DNA of 64,000 bases, taken from NCBI GenBank assembly GCA_951406725.2, contig OX597821.1, positions 51,274,001 through 51,338,000 on the forward strand. Reading direction: 5' to 3'. Both the position numbers and the translations under genes were made by a program. This document shows, in pieces, positions 25,961 to 40,254 of this stretch (position 1 is its first letter; each line of letters starts with the position of its first letter). Source of the stretch: Octopus vulgaris (taxonomy: Eukaryota). A model generated the notes under the pieces. It was not told the origin of the DNA and did no database searches. It saw only the letters and a list, made by a program, of their open reading frames with translations.

Positions 25961-27499
25961 TAAAGCCTAAATATTGCGTTAGAATAATGTTGTTCCTAAT
26001 TCAAGGGACACGCAAACACACACACTCACACACACATTCATACACATATTCACCCACACACACACACATACATTCATAGAAAAGTATGTATTTCTATAAA
26101 ATATATGCTACAGTGAAATATTTTATGAGGTATAAGATCTCATCCTTTATATTATATATGAAAGAATAAAACATATTCATTACATAATATCTATGTTTCA
26201 GCTTATCTGGGCGTTAGAAAACTGATAAAACATTTTGTAATATCTATAATTGAGGAAATGTCGAGAGGAAAATACTTAATTATACAAGCAGATCGTTCAA
26301 TGTTCAATTTGATAATGCATTGCAAAATATAGTGATAATAATTGAAAGTAGTCGTTGGAGCAGCAGCAGCAGTAGCACCAGCGGAAGCAACCGTAGTAGT
26401 AAGTAGTGGTAGTAGTATTAGTTTCTATTTTCGTCATTTAATTGCTATAGGAGTGCATGCATGTATTACTACTTATAAGGATTGTTTTGCTTGTGATTTA
26501 CACACATGGCGATATACACAACTGGGTGCCGAACGTTATTCAGTATGTTAGAACGAATTAAACGTTTATATGAAATACATACATATTTTTGTATGAGAGA
26601 GTGGAAGAGAGAGGGGGGAAGAGTGGGAGAGAAGGATAGAGTGGGAGTTAGAGAGAGAAGGATTGAGAAGGATAGAGACAGAAGAAGAGAGAGATATAGA
26701 GGGAGAGAAAGAGGGGGGCATATAAAAACAGAGAGATCCAAGACGAAAGCATCCTCCACCCCACAACTTCTTTACAACTTCCCGAAAGGACAGGTGGAGT
26801 ACTCTTTTCTCGGCAGCATTTGAACTCAGAATACTTTGATTTGGAACGAATACAACATATATATATATGCAAATCTATCTATCTATCTTGTCGTAATCCT
26901 AGAGTTTCGTTTACTCCATATACTACGGCACCAGCCCATGGGTAAGTTGTGGAGTACCAGATAACACCTGTTTGCTTGTTGCTTCTTTATTAAAAAAATA
27001 ATGCACACACTTTGATACAATTTTCCTCTAGTTACGCTGCATGTACTGTGAGACATTGCATCAGTAATTTTAACTTTCTTTCGAGGGCAAATAGAAGCCT
27101 TCGTCTATCGAGAACTATTGTTATCTGACTATTTTCTCGGTGAAATCGTTGGGCGAGAAAGCACCGATCTCTTTCGGTTTGGGTTTACGTCTCTTGCATC
27201 TTTCCTTGTTACGGGAACTGACTCATATTCCATGTTTCTATCTGTTTCACAAAATCAGGAAGATTGTAATCTTTACATTCGTTGACAGAGTTTAGATATC
27301 GCCATTTATGTGTACATGCGCTGAAGTGTTAAAGTGTGAATGTTTGCTTTCAAAACTTCATCTGTTTGTGAAACATTCTTTTTATCTGTTTATCTTTTAT
27401 TAAAAATATTTTACGTCGGTTAACGAGTTGTGCTTGCTTTATATCTGCATCAAAATAATTGTATTAAAATGTGATAAAATAAGAAGCACAAAATCAATA

Positions 27500-27800
27500 A
27501 TGATTTCAAATTTTAACGCAACGTCAGCATAATCGGGAGCAGGGGCTAAGTCAGTTACATCGACGCTAGTACTTAACTGGTACTTATTTTATCGATAACG
27601 AAAAAATAAAAAGTAAAATCAACGCAGAAGGTCAACAATTTCGAGATGATTATATTGACCCCCTATGCTCAACTGGAACTTATCTACCTAGAAAGTATGA
27701 AAAGCAAAGTTGGCTTCCGTGACATTTGAACTCAGGACCTAAAGCCCAAACAAAGCCGCTAAGTATTTTGCTGACAATTCTGCCAGCACGTCGCCGTAAT
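27500..27800 (-). mobile_element. SINE family 3 (Nin-domain-like core), two partial copies
   Basis: Core CTGGTACTTATTTTATCGA...ATGAAA.GCAAAGT..ATTTGAACTCAG. Confidence 0.7.
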
Positions 27801-28143
27801 GACCAAGTATGTGAAATTCCCCTGGTGGACGCAAGTTTGTACACCAATATCTCGACGATAATAAAGAAGCATATTTTCTGACGCTTTAACGAGTCTCTAA
27901 GCTCATCGCATTAATAATTCCTATAAAATTCAGTCACCAGCAAGGGATATTGTAGAACTGCATTGTTCCTAATTAATGAATCGCTGCCTACTTTCACTAA
28001 GTATTGTTAGGGAAACACTTGTATATATGTATGTATATATATATACACATGTATAATTATATTCATACACATATAAATATATATATACAGGCATAAATAT
28101 ATATATATATACATATATATATATTCATACATATATATATGTA

Positions 28144-28204
<61 letters not shown>

Positions 28205-30284
28205 GTCTATGTATCTAACTGTCTGTCTATGCATATATCAGCTAATGCGTCTCCCCTGGCCTTTTTGACATAGGATAAATAAAATCCACCATGCTTTCTT
28301 TGGTTTTTGCCGCATTAATGAGGTGAACATTTATCTGTTTTTCTTTTTGCTTTTCCTTTCCTTGCATTTGTTTTTTACATATTCCTATTCTCCTCCCTCC
28401 ATATCTCACACCCTCTCTATCTACATATATAAAACCCCATACATTCACACATACACACACTTATATGTACCATATTCCAAATCACTTTCTCAAGGCACCA
28501 AACCTTAATTACGAAGCAAAATATTTTAACATCATCTTTTGTCAGTGACTGAATTTCCTTGGGTTATTATGGTGTTTTTCCTTTTACGTGTTTCTTTTAC
28601 GTAATATTCTATCATGTATCCAATACCATTCTCGAAAATTATGTATGAATTCCTTCGTCTTATACAATATCATTTCTAGTTTTATAAAATAGCTCATCAA
28701 GTTTCTCTAAAAGCTATTGTTAATTTTATTATAACATCCAAGGTGATTGTAATTAGTCATATTGCTTGTGTAAAATAAATATTCTTTATTGTATACGGTA
28801 ACTTTACACCTTTCAGAGAAATACAATTGTGACGAACGAGAGAACGGTAAGAGGGACACCTTGAAAATATCCTAAAAACCACGACATTCAAAATACGCTT
28901 ACGCTAAAACGCTGACAAACTAAAAATCACAACAATCCCTCGCTCGTCAGAGACTCCTTTAACCTGTCCTTTGCTGACATAAAACATTAGCCTCGGTTAC
29001 GTTAGCTTTCTCTTTGTCCGCTCTAGTTACCTCCCTTATTTCTCTGGCTGATGTTTGCATGTAGAATTTACTTAGACCTGACACCTATAGAGATGTATGT
29101 GTGCGTAGCATTGTGTTGTTATTGCTATAGGAGGCGTCACAATTGCTTTTAATTGTATTAGAAACAAAGATCATCATTATTATTTCAAAATATTGTGCGA
29201 TCTTTACGATATTTTGTTTATTATCAACATAAAAAGAGAATAGGGTTAAACTGTAGCTCGTCAAATATCAAATGAAGGAAAAGAAGGAAAGTTATGAACT
29301 AAAATTTCCAAAAGATTAAATTGATAATCCTCAGTGATAGCCAGTTAGAGATTTATAACTTGTCAACAAGATTAATGAGGCTAGTAATAAACGCAATGGG
29401 GATCATGATGATATATAAACCGCAATAAGTTTGTAAACTGCTGCAAATAGCTTTATAATTGAGGATCTAAACGAAAGTTTAGACACACGAAATTTACTGG
29501 TAGAAGTGAATATAGATTTGCAAGAAATAACAGGAAACAATTAACTCTGAGCTGTCAGAAGAACTGTGTAATGTTTTGCAGTTTAGAAAGACATAGACAT
29601 TAGCTTATATGTAATTTATTTTACTGCTGAATATGTTAACGCTACTATATTAGAAGTATAACAATAAATGTTTCACAATCAGCAAAAACTCGATAGGTAA
29701 AGTGATTAGGAAATGAAGTTTTGTTCTTCCTAGTAACAAAGGTGAGTTGGATAATTTGCTATGATTTTTTCCTCTCTCCATAAATATCAACATTGTTAGT
29801 GTTTGGTTAACATTATCATTCTAGATATGTTTGTCGTGTGGAAATATATTGTCATCGAGTTATCAATTTACTCTGCTGATTATATTGCTGAAAAGTCATT
29901 AGGAAACGTCGTAATTGTCCAGAAAAAAAAATAGAGATAGAGCAAATATATCATCAAAGACATTCCAACTATATCTTTCTATACCGGACAACACTCTCCA
30001 TTGTGTTTTCTTTTTTGACAAGAGAACTAATCTGCGAAGACTTTGACAATTAATTCTAGAATTTCTTTCATTCATTTACTTGTTTCAGCCGATTGACTGC
30101 GGTCATGCTGGAGCACTGAGAATTATAAATATAGGATCTTTCATTTCATCATATTCAGATTTCAAAAACAAGTTTAATGAAGGCAAATCTGGGGAAATAT
30201 GAATGAAGGTAACATACATTTACAGAAAATAGGGGCCAGATGCGAGCAATGAAAAAATGGGGGTTACATTAAAACCTGTTGAGG

Positions 30285-30580
30285 TACATGGCCTACTGCT
30301 TAGAGCAGCGGAATCGCGGTCAAGGGATCGCAGGTTCTAATCTCAGACCGGGCGATGTGTGTGTTTATGAGCGAAACACCTAAGCTCCAAGCGGCTCCGG
30401 CAGAAGGTAATGGCGAACTTCTGCTAACTCTTTCGCAACAACTTTCTCTCACTCTTTCCTCCTGCATATTGCAACTCACCTGCAACGGACCGGCGTCCCG
30501 TCCAGGTGGGGAACCTATACGCCAAGGAAACCGGGAAATCGGCCCTTATGAGCCTGGCATGGCTCGAGAAAGAACAGACA
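30285..30580 (+). mobile_element. tRNA-derived SINE (family 2-related)
   Basis: tRNA-like head, GAGCGAAACACCTAAGCTCC, and GGACCGGCGTCCCGTCCAGG core shared with family 2. The head is shared with 35660-36022. Confidence 0.8.
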
Positions 30581-30844
30581 GCATTGAAAACCTTCCTTCC
30601 CCTTGTACAATACTCACCTGGAATGTCAGTGAATTAACAGTCCACACAAACACACATCGGACATATCAAAAGTCTGATTTGTGCTCGGCATCTAGAAGTT
30701 CTGTATAAAAAAAGCATGCGCCAAGGTTGTATATACTAATATTGAACAAATAGAAACTGGTTGTGATCCGTTATGAAAGACATGGATTCCGAATGTAAAA
30801 CATTCGTGCAGACAATGAATAGCAACAACAATAATAATAATAAT

Positions 30845-31063
30845 AGTTTCAAATTTTGGCACAAGGTCAGCAATTTCGAAGAACGGGTAAGTTGATCACA
30901 TCAAACCTAGTACACGACTGGTACTTATTTTATCGACTCCGAAATGATGAAAGGCAAAGATGACCTGGGTGGCATTTGAATTTAAACTCAAAACGTAAAG
31001 ACGGACGAACAGCCACAGACCCTTTTGCCCGGATCGTGCTAAATATTCTGCCAGCTCACTGCC

Positions 31064-31065
<2 letters not shown>
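30845..31065 (-). mobile_element. SINE family 3
   Basis: TTTCAAATTTTGGCACAAGG...ACTGGTACTTATTTTATCGAC...ATGAAAGGCAAAG...CTGCCAGCTCACTGCC, followed by (TAA)n at 31065-31131. Confidence 0.85.
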
Positions 31066-31134
<69 letters not shown>

Positions 31135-31780
31135 CAATAATAATAAAAGCAAAGGAAGGAAAATCTAGAATAATTGAATTTCTGAGAATAAAACAATATT
31201 GCTAACTCACAAACGAGACTAATTTTACGACTGTACACTTTACTGTAGACAAAGATCAATCATAAATCGATCAGATATCAATAATTTTATTGGAATTTAT
31301 GTCTAAATTGATCTTCATCTCTCCCTCTCTCCACTTGTCTTCTTCTTCATCATCATCGTTATCAACACGAGCACCCGCACCACCATCATCATAATTATCA
31401 TCATCATCACCGCCAGCATCATCATTATCGTTATCAGATTCCTTATCAGTATCATTTCGTCTTCTTTCAATTACAGGGTAGTTTATTGTTGAACCCCACC
31501 TCTAGCCCCTTCCCACAAAAGCTTATGCGTTGTATCTATGTGCGTGCATGTATAAATGTGTGTCTTTTCTAATATTCGTTTTTTATATATGTAGATATTT
31601 ATGGATCCGACTTGCGCTTTGCAGAAGATCGATATGTGATACAAATACTCACATAGATACACATACACAATCACACACATACACACAGAGGCATTCAAAG
31701 ACAGACACATATGTGCATGTATATATAGGTACCTGAAAATTCACACATGCACTCAATGAATAATGAAAAGATATTTAATT

Positions 31781-31827
<47 letters not shown>

Positions 31828-31829
<2 letters not shown>

Positions 31830-32215
31830 CGTAGGAGTGGCTGTGTGGTAAGTAGCTTGCTTACCGACCACCTGGTTCCGAGGTCAGTCCCACTGCGTGG
31901 CACCTTCGGCAAGTGTCTTCTACTATAGCCTCGGGCCGACCAAAACCTTGTGAGTAGATTTGGTAGACGGAAACTGAAAGAAGCCCGTCGTATATATCTA
32001 TATATATAAATATAGGTGTGTTTGTGTGTCTGTGTCTGTCCCTCCAACATCTCTTGACAACCGATGCCGGTGTGTTTACGTCCCCGTAACTTAGCGGTTC
32101 GGCAAATAAGACCGATAGAATAAGTACTAGGCTTACAAAGAATAAGTCCTGCGGTCAATTTGCTCGACTAAAGGCGGTGCTCCAGCATGGCCGCAGTCAA
32201 ATGACTGAAACAACT
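31828..32215 (+). mobile_element. tRNA-derived SINE, family 1 (near full length)
   Basis: GGCGTAGGAGTGGCTGTGTGGTAAGTAGCTTGC head, CORE-like GGCACCTTCGGCAAGTGTCTTC, internal (TA)/(TG) tract, and GGTGCTCCAGCATGGCCGCAGTCAAATGACTGAAAC tail. Confidence 0.9.
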
Positions 32216-32249
32216 ACAAGAGGTACAAGATATATATATATATACACAT

Positions 32250-32840
32250 ACAGGGAATTTTTTCATCCTGCGCATGTGCAACGTAGCTATCACAGTGTGG
32301 ACTGCTGAGTGTCAGTCATTGTGTACCCTTCAGCGTGTCGACCTGCTAACCATTGAAGGACTTACGCTTCTAGTTGAATGAGTGTTTCGCGCTGGAAACA
32401 AATACACCGATACTGTGAAACAGAAGTTCAGTGAAACTTTTCCAAATACTGTTGTTCCACATCGTGACACTGTGCGGGACTTGATGAGAAAATTTAGAAA
32501 AAGAGACTCAGTGGGAGACGCAGCAAGAAGCGGTAGTGCTACTCTTCTTTCAGAAAAAAGAATCTCCAATATTTCTAGTAAATTGTTGGCAAGCCAATGA
32601 AAGTCACAGAAATTGTCACAGAAAACAGAAATCAGCCAAGGAAGTGCTCACCCGGCAGTAGAAAAGTAATTAAATTTTATGTATTGCAAATAAAGGATGA
32701 CACTTTGAATACCTCTTATAAAGTTTTTTTTAAGTCTTGTAAAGTCTAACATATTCTTTTGTAGTCTTACACCATCTTAAAAAAAAAATTAATTTTACTA
32801 CAACATATTTACTGCGGAGAGACTTTTTGAACACCTTGTG
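32250..32840 (+). mobile_element. Tc1/mariner relic (DD41D/rosa-like N-terminal HTH), internally deleted
   Basis: VKQKFSETFPNTVVPHRDTVRDLMRKFRKRDSVGDAARSG (DUF4817-like HTH), a terminal G*HFEYLL* (cf. GGHFEHLL*) and a TIR-like ACTTTTTGAACACCTTGTG end. Confidence 0.75.
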
Positions 32841-32869
32841 TATGTATATATATATATATATATATATAT

Positions 32870-33402
32870 GTAAGTGGTGCACGTTACAAGAATGAAGAAC
32901 ATGTGATATCTCCTTACATCTTTCCACAAGGCTTTAGCGTTAACTCTGCCGCCTACATTGACATCCTAGAAATAATTGTTAAACCCTGGAAAGACAGTAT
33001 GTGCAATTGAAGACCATATGTATTTCAGTAAGAGTCTGCACTATCACATAACGGCTCTAGTAACACAGGAATGGATGGCTGGACATTTTCATAACATAAC
33101 CCCTAACATTTGACCTCCTAATTCCCCAAATCTCAATCCATTGGTCTATTAAATGTGGAGCGTTATTGAGAGAGAGGACAATGAACACGCCCATAACAGC
33201 TAAGATTCATTGAAAGCGGCCATAGTCAGAGTAATGTAACAAAATAAAGCAGAACCACTTGATTCATATAGATCTCATATAGAAGCAGCTTTTTCATAAA
33301 TAAAGTGTTATTGTTTTTGAAAAATTAAGTTATTACCTGTTATTATAATATCTGCTTTTTTATAAACATAAATCTATCCTTAAATATCTTACGCACCCAT
33401 TA
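32870..33402 (+). mobile_element. maT/mariner relic, 3' half
   Basis: VNSAAYIDILEIIVKPW..RPYVFQ*ESA..TQEWM..NI*PPNSPNLNPL..W. Homologous to 17570-18030. Confidence 0.85.
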
Positions 33403-33444
33403 ACTATATTTTCATATGCATAGTTATTCCTGCGCTATATGTAT

Positions 33445-33482
<38 letters not shown>

Positions 33483-33491
33483 GTATGTATG

Positions 33492-33548
<57 letters not shown>

Positions 33549-33883
33549 ATTTATATACATATATATACATACATATACATTAAAAATGGGAAAGGTCGGT
33601 TTATTGTATGTTATTATTTATATATATACAGAAATAGTAAGAGAGAGGGAGAGACAGTGAGAGAGAGAAAGAGAAAGAGAAGTAACGAAAACTAGACATA
33701 TCTTTCATATTTTTGATTTCTCTGCACACTTACACCTGTGTCCACATAACTCTGCCCGTTCTTTATATTTCGTTCTCTAAAACGGCTACGGACGAAAAAA
33801 AATCCATTTTGTTGAACTCCTTATTTAAATAATGCGTATTGTGACTCCATTCTTTATTCTAAGTGACACATCTATCCATGCTC

Positions 33884-33961
<78 letters not shown>

Positions 33962-34056
33962 GCTTGTCTCTCTGTCTTTCTGTTTGTGTGTCTGTTTTGT
34001 TTATGTTTTATTCTATATTAGGGAGGAATACAAATAAATATACTTACATATACATA

Positions 34057-34091
<35 letters not shown>

Positions 34092-34137
34092 ACATTTACA
34101 TTTATATATGTATATGTATACATATATATATATGTAT

Positions 34138-34197
<60 letters not shown>

Positions 34198-34299
34198 GTA
34201 CCTATATATGTATGTATATATATACATACATATATACATACAAAAACACATACACATGTATATATACATATACATACATATATGTATGTATGTATGAAT

Positions 34300-34470
34300 G
34301 AATAAAGCAGCCTGCTGCTACGCGACGTTGATACGAGTTCTATTGAAAACTGGCGAGTGGTTGAAAATATACTTCTTGCAAATATTTCGAACAAAAGATA
34401 TCAATTTTGGAAAGGAATCGCTATGGGAATATCTACTTCTACCAATATTAACTGAATTAGTTAACGTTCG
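34300..34470 (+). pseudogene. Short decayed PLE RT fragment
   Basis: Frame [27 protein letters not shown] resembles PLE RT motif Y.Q..GIAMG. Confidence 0.4.
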
Positions 34471-34989
34471 TCCGTTTTCTGATAGCAGGTGTCGAATAGA
34501 TGGTTTCTTTCAGATGTAACTGTGCTTCGGACCAGTATAATTAGGCGGACACAGAACTGTACAACTACTCAATCACTTTGATGTTGCTATATATAAGTCA
34601 ACCTATGTACACACGCGCACACACACACAAACACAGACACAGACACACACGCGCGTTCACATACATATTCGTATAAATATGCATATATATATATATATAT
34701 ACATGCATGCATATATACATACACACACTTATATATGCATATATATGTGTGTGTGTATACATACATATACACTACATACATTCATACATATATATAAATA
34801 CCCACACACATATATATAGGTATCTATATGTCTATATATCTATATACTATATACTTATATTTGCATAGCTATACATATAGAAAATGAATTAGATTTACTT
34901 ACACGCATATATGTTCGTAATTGTATGCATATCTGTATGTACATACATATACATTTATACACTTACATATATATTTATGCAATTGTATG

Positions 34990-35021
<32 letters not shown>

Positions 35022-35528
35022 TATAGATATATATATAGATATATATATATATGTATGTATGTATGTATGTATGCATGCATGCATGTATGTATGTATGTAT
35101 GTATGTATGTATGTATGTATGTATGTATGTATGTATGTAGTCGTTCATTTATGCACACATACCTACAGATCGATAGCGAATAGATGAGGGATGGAGAAGT
35201 GGTCAGAAGAAATGGTATGTGATTACTTATTGCGCAATTTTCGTCTTCTAAATGCATTAGTAAAGATTCCAAATAACGAAACGTATAATTTATCATTTCT
35301 CACGGAGCTATAATTTCTAAAATGTCGATTTAGTAAGAAACCTAGTCTATTCACAGCAAAATTCATATAAACGATACAGTATCTTGGTAGATGTTTAATA
35401 TTCTCTACATATTGTGACTTTTTTCTAAATTAATAAATCTATTGTTATTCACGATATCATTGTGAAATTAGTATTCGATACTGCGTTTATATAAGAATAT
35501 ATTGTGATGAAGTATTTATAATGTCATG

Positions 35529-35607
<79 letters not shown>

Positions 35608-35659
35608 TGTATGTATGTATGTATGTATGTATGTATGTATGTGTGTGTTTGTGTGTAAG

Positions 35660-36022
35660 CCTAAATGGTCCAGTGGTTAGGTCAGCGGACTCGCGGTCGC
35701 AGGTTGGCGGTTTGAATTTCCACACCGGGCTTTGTGAGTGTCTATTGAGCGAAAACACCTAAAACTCCACGAGGCTCCGGCAGGTGGGGGTGACGAACCC
35801 TGCTGCACTCTTTCACCACAACTTTCTCTCACTCTTTCTTCCTATTTCTGCTGTACCTGTATTTCAAAGGGACAGCCTTGTCACACTCTGTGTCACGTTG
35901 AATCTTCCCGAGAACACGTGTCTGTAGAGTGCTCAGCCACTTGCTCGTTAATTTCGCGGGGAGGCTGTTCTGTTGATCAGATCAACTGGAACCCTCGTCG
36001 TCGTAACCGGGGGAGTGCCACA
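35660..36022 (+). mobile_element. tRNA-derived SINE, family 4
   Basis: TGGTCCAGTGGTTAGG A-box and GGTTTGAATTTC B-box-like motif. Head shared with 30285; ends in (TA)n. Confidence 0.8.
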
Positions 36023-36143
36023 AATATATATATATATATATAGCCTCCCCGCGAAATTAACGAGCAAGTGGCTGAGCACTCTACAGACACGTGTTCTCGG
36101 GAAGATTCAACGTGACACAGAGTGTGACAAGGCTGTCCCTTTG

Positions 36144-36148
<5 letters not shown>
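35860..36148. repeat. Perfect 107-bp inverted repeat with 75-nt spacer
   Basis: 35860-35966 is the exact reverse complement of 36042-36148 (checked base by base). Confidence 0.97.
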
Positions 36149-36194
<46 letters not shown>

Positions 36195-36547
36195 CGATAT
36201 GATTAGAAATGAATACAAGATTTCTAAAATCTTTTCCCTACACTGTCTGCCTTCGTGTTTCATTGGTTTCGTGATTAATACATTCATATATAAATACTGA
36301 AACACATACATACATTCAAAATGTGTATATATATATAGAACAAACTTACTTAGAAATGGATGCGTGCGTTCCGTCATATAATAAATTAATAAATAAAATA
36401 TATGCAATGTACATACATATATGTACGTACCTACCTCTACATGTATATATACATGCGTATATGGGTACAGGACATACAACACAAGGAAAATTCCCCTTCT
36501 TCAGTCGCCTCTGTATCATCTACTCCGCGTTTCGAAGGTCAAGGCGA

Positions 36548-36603
<56 letters not shown>

Positions 36604-36867
36604 ACACACGCAGAGAATCATTGCACGTCTGCCACGCTAGGGGACTGATTTTAAATGTTTTCGTCAAACTAATCGACTCCAGTATGCTCTGGAACCGTTA
36701 GTGTGCCAAGACGTAAAAAGCATAATTATCATCGTCCGCCATGCAGTGGTCAGGAAAATATACGAACACAAAGACTCCGTATTGCATAAGTGTATTCAAA
36801 CACACATGTACTCACATGCACACACGCACACACACATGCACACACTCACACACACACACGCATACCA

Positions 36868-37560
36868 CCGAGATGCTGTCAAAAAAGTATCCTTTTGGTG
36901 GGAGGTGACGCCATCCTCTCTGCGCATGCACCGGTAGGCCGAGTTAGTTTCCAGCTGTTGCGCATAGAGTACTGACATATAGTGCGCGTTTGCTGGATTT
37001 CGTTTTCATACAAGGTGACCGAATGCCTCGAACACAGACCAGAAAACCCATGTCTCATAAGTAGTGATGATGATTTTCAAGAAGTTTAGGTCGCAGTTTT
37101 CCATAGCCAGCGTTTTCTGAGCGATTTCTATGCTGTGTTGTTTCCCCTGATCTGCCACCAACTTAGGGGCAATTTGCGCCGACATTCATGGCATGCACAC
37201 ATCCTCCGTTGAAATCGAAAGCTTTGATCTTGTGCTTATTCCCACTGCATGAGCAATTTTCTGGATCAATAGATTGTTTCACTATGATCGTCCATGACTA
37301 TTCGTCTCTCGTTTTCGGTTTGTGGATGGCGTGTTTGAGGCTGCTTCGCTCTCCACTCTGTTTGAGGCTGCTTTTCTCTCAACCGTCTGAAACGGTTGCA
37401 CCGCGCCTTCATGTGAGTTTTTTCCCATGGCATCATCGCCAAATTCCAAGTGAATCAGCTGGAGAGTTTGAGCTTGGATATCACCGGTATTTTTGCAAAT
37501 CTTGACGTAATGTGCCTGTGCGAGTTGCTCGGTAAGAGCAAAAATTCGACCAGCGCGCAT
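36868..37560 (-). mobile_element. Mariner (DD34D-type) relics: minus-strand N-terminal half joined to a plus-strand 5' end
   Basis: Minus 37560-37041: YVKICKNTGD..FGDDAMG..VESEA..PST..EIAQK..FLKIIITTYETWVF (cf. IITGDETWV). Plus 36868-37040: TIR-like CGAGATGCTGTCAAAAAAGTATCC and VTECLEHR start. Confidence 0.8.
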
Positions 37561-37704
37561 TATATATGTATATTTATGTATGTATGTATGTATGTATGTA
37601 TGTATGTATGTATGTATGTGTATAAAAATTCTATAATTATGAGAATTATATTATCAATAATAATAGAGGATAAAATTAATTAATTAATTAATTAATTAAT
37701 AATA

Positions 37705-37990
37705 TTTCGTTTTTGGATTTGGTTTGCAAGATTCTTTATATGAGTTCGTGTGTTGAAGCATATTCTGTTGTGTCTGGGGAGAGTCATTCTCTTTTACTGA
37801 TCCACACACATGCGCACAAACAAACTAAAAGGAACGCAGTGTAAATAACGGACAGAGTCAAGACTATTGAAAAGGTTGCAAGACTCAACGAAAATTTTAG
37901 AAAATAAAAATAAGAAATAAGTGGAAATTTTACCGGTGAGTGTGTTACATTATAAGGCACTAAAAGAGAATGACTCTCCACAGACACAAC
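37705..37990. repeat. Family C repeat with inverted arrangement
   Basis: 37705-37793 is the reverse complement of ~9416-9503; 37796-37990 is a direct copy of ~9241-9441. Confidence 0.85.
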
Positions 37991-38533
37991 ATAATAATTA
38001 ATAATTTTACCTGGTAGTTCGGTATGTTAAAAGAACCATTATCGGTAAACTTATACAAACATTCTATAATTATTAGTATAATTATAATTAGGGTTCAGCA
38101 AAATTTGCTTCACCACATACCGAAATTTAGTAATAGCAGTTAAACTACTATATTACTACCATAAGAAAATCTCCCAGAAAGCAATACTCAACAACTCACG
38201 CAGGTAAAGACAAAAAAAAATAACGAATCCACCCGGCTCTGAAGGTAAAGAGAGAGAAAAATAACGAATCCACCCGGCTCTGATTAACTGTATACGCATT
38301 TTGGAGTTAGAGACATGTGAAAAATGTAAAATCATATTTCTACTCTCTCATTCTTCTCTTCAGTACAGTTATTCAAGATTTTAAATTTGAGAGCACTGAT
38401 AATTAACGTACTTATCTGATCAAGCGACATCAGACAACATATATCCAACGACCAGTACTTCCGAATTCATATATATATCATATATATGTGTGTGTGTATT
38501 TGTATATGCATGTATATATGCATATATATGTAT

Positions 38534-38615
<82 letters not shown>

Positions 38616-38959
38616 GTATATATACATACATGCATATATGTATATACACACATAAACACACACATATATAATATGTATGTATGTATGCATTTATGCATTT
38701 ATGTATATAAATTTAGAAAAAAATTACACCTTATTGTATTTCATGTCGTATCTGTGACATAAATTATATATATTCAATATATATAAATTATATATATTTA
38801 AAATATTTAAAAATGCTAATTACTAAATAAAGTAGTCGGGATAATATATTATGCTTGCGTTCTTATCATTTTTTGAATTCGTATTTATCAATTCTTTATT
38901 CTCTATGTATGTATGTATGTATGTATGTATGTATGTATGTATGTATGTATGTATGTATC

Positions 38960-38991
<32 letters not shown>

Positions 38992-39020
38992 GCTATATAT
39001 ATACATACATATATATATGT

Positions 39021-39107
<87 letters not shown>

Positions 39108-39759
39108 GGGAGAGAGAGAGCGAGAGACAGACAAATAGCTAGCTAGATAGATAGACAGATAGACAGACAGATAGATAGATAGATTTGCGTGTGCATGAGT
39201 GTTTATGTGTTATGTAACTCTAGTTTGTAGGGCATATGTTTGTATATATTTAACAGTCCATAAATATCCGCTTTGTTATTAAACTACATCCATCTCTTAA
39301 AACTACCATGTTTATTTACATTAATATTTTGATGCCTCTTAACATCTCACCAGTTCCTTTTACACTACCCACAGCCGCCTATTCATCCACTCTGTTTACT
39401 AATTCCATTTTCATACTTTTTTATGTTTTCTTTGTTTCTTTTGCATGTATCTATTTCTCCCTATCACGACTCTTTGTCTCGAGTCCTTATTCTGGTATCT
39501 TTGATCCTTCGTTTCCCTGCCTCTTTTTTGCTCCCTACCGCAAAATAATATACTCGAACTCTTTAAACAACAACCAATTCTTGTTTTATGTGTATACGCA
39601 GTTCCTCTTGGGAAAACGCGCCTGATGAATGCTAGAATAAGCCGTTAAACTAGGAATTCCTTATGAATTCAATATAATCGATTTCTATTCGGCTGAACGT
39701 AGAGAGCTTCAAAACCGGTTAATCCTTAGTTGATTTCAATAATTATCTCGGCAATATTA

Positions 39760-39804
<45 letters not shown>

Positions 39805-40097
39805 TGAATTCTAATCATATGCATTAAGCTTATAAGTGTTCACTGTGTATTCGCTATGGAAAATGGTATAATTTTGGGGCCCTCAAGGGTAAAAAATGGG
39901 TATTAGTACGCGTGGGAATCGAAAACACATATATATATAGAGAGAGACACACACACACAGAGTCCCTCTCTCCCTCTCTTACTCAGAAAGGAACTGTAGG
40001 CGTCAGCACCAACAATCCTCGTTAAAACTCTTTCTCTGTCTCTCTCACGCACATACATACATACATACATACATACATACATACATACATACATACA

Positions 40098-40216
<119 letters not shown>

Positions 40217-40254
40217 GAAAGAAGGTATGAAAATGCAATTTGAAAGATGTTTAT

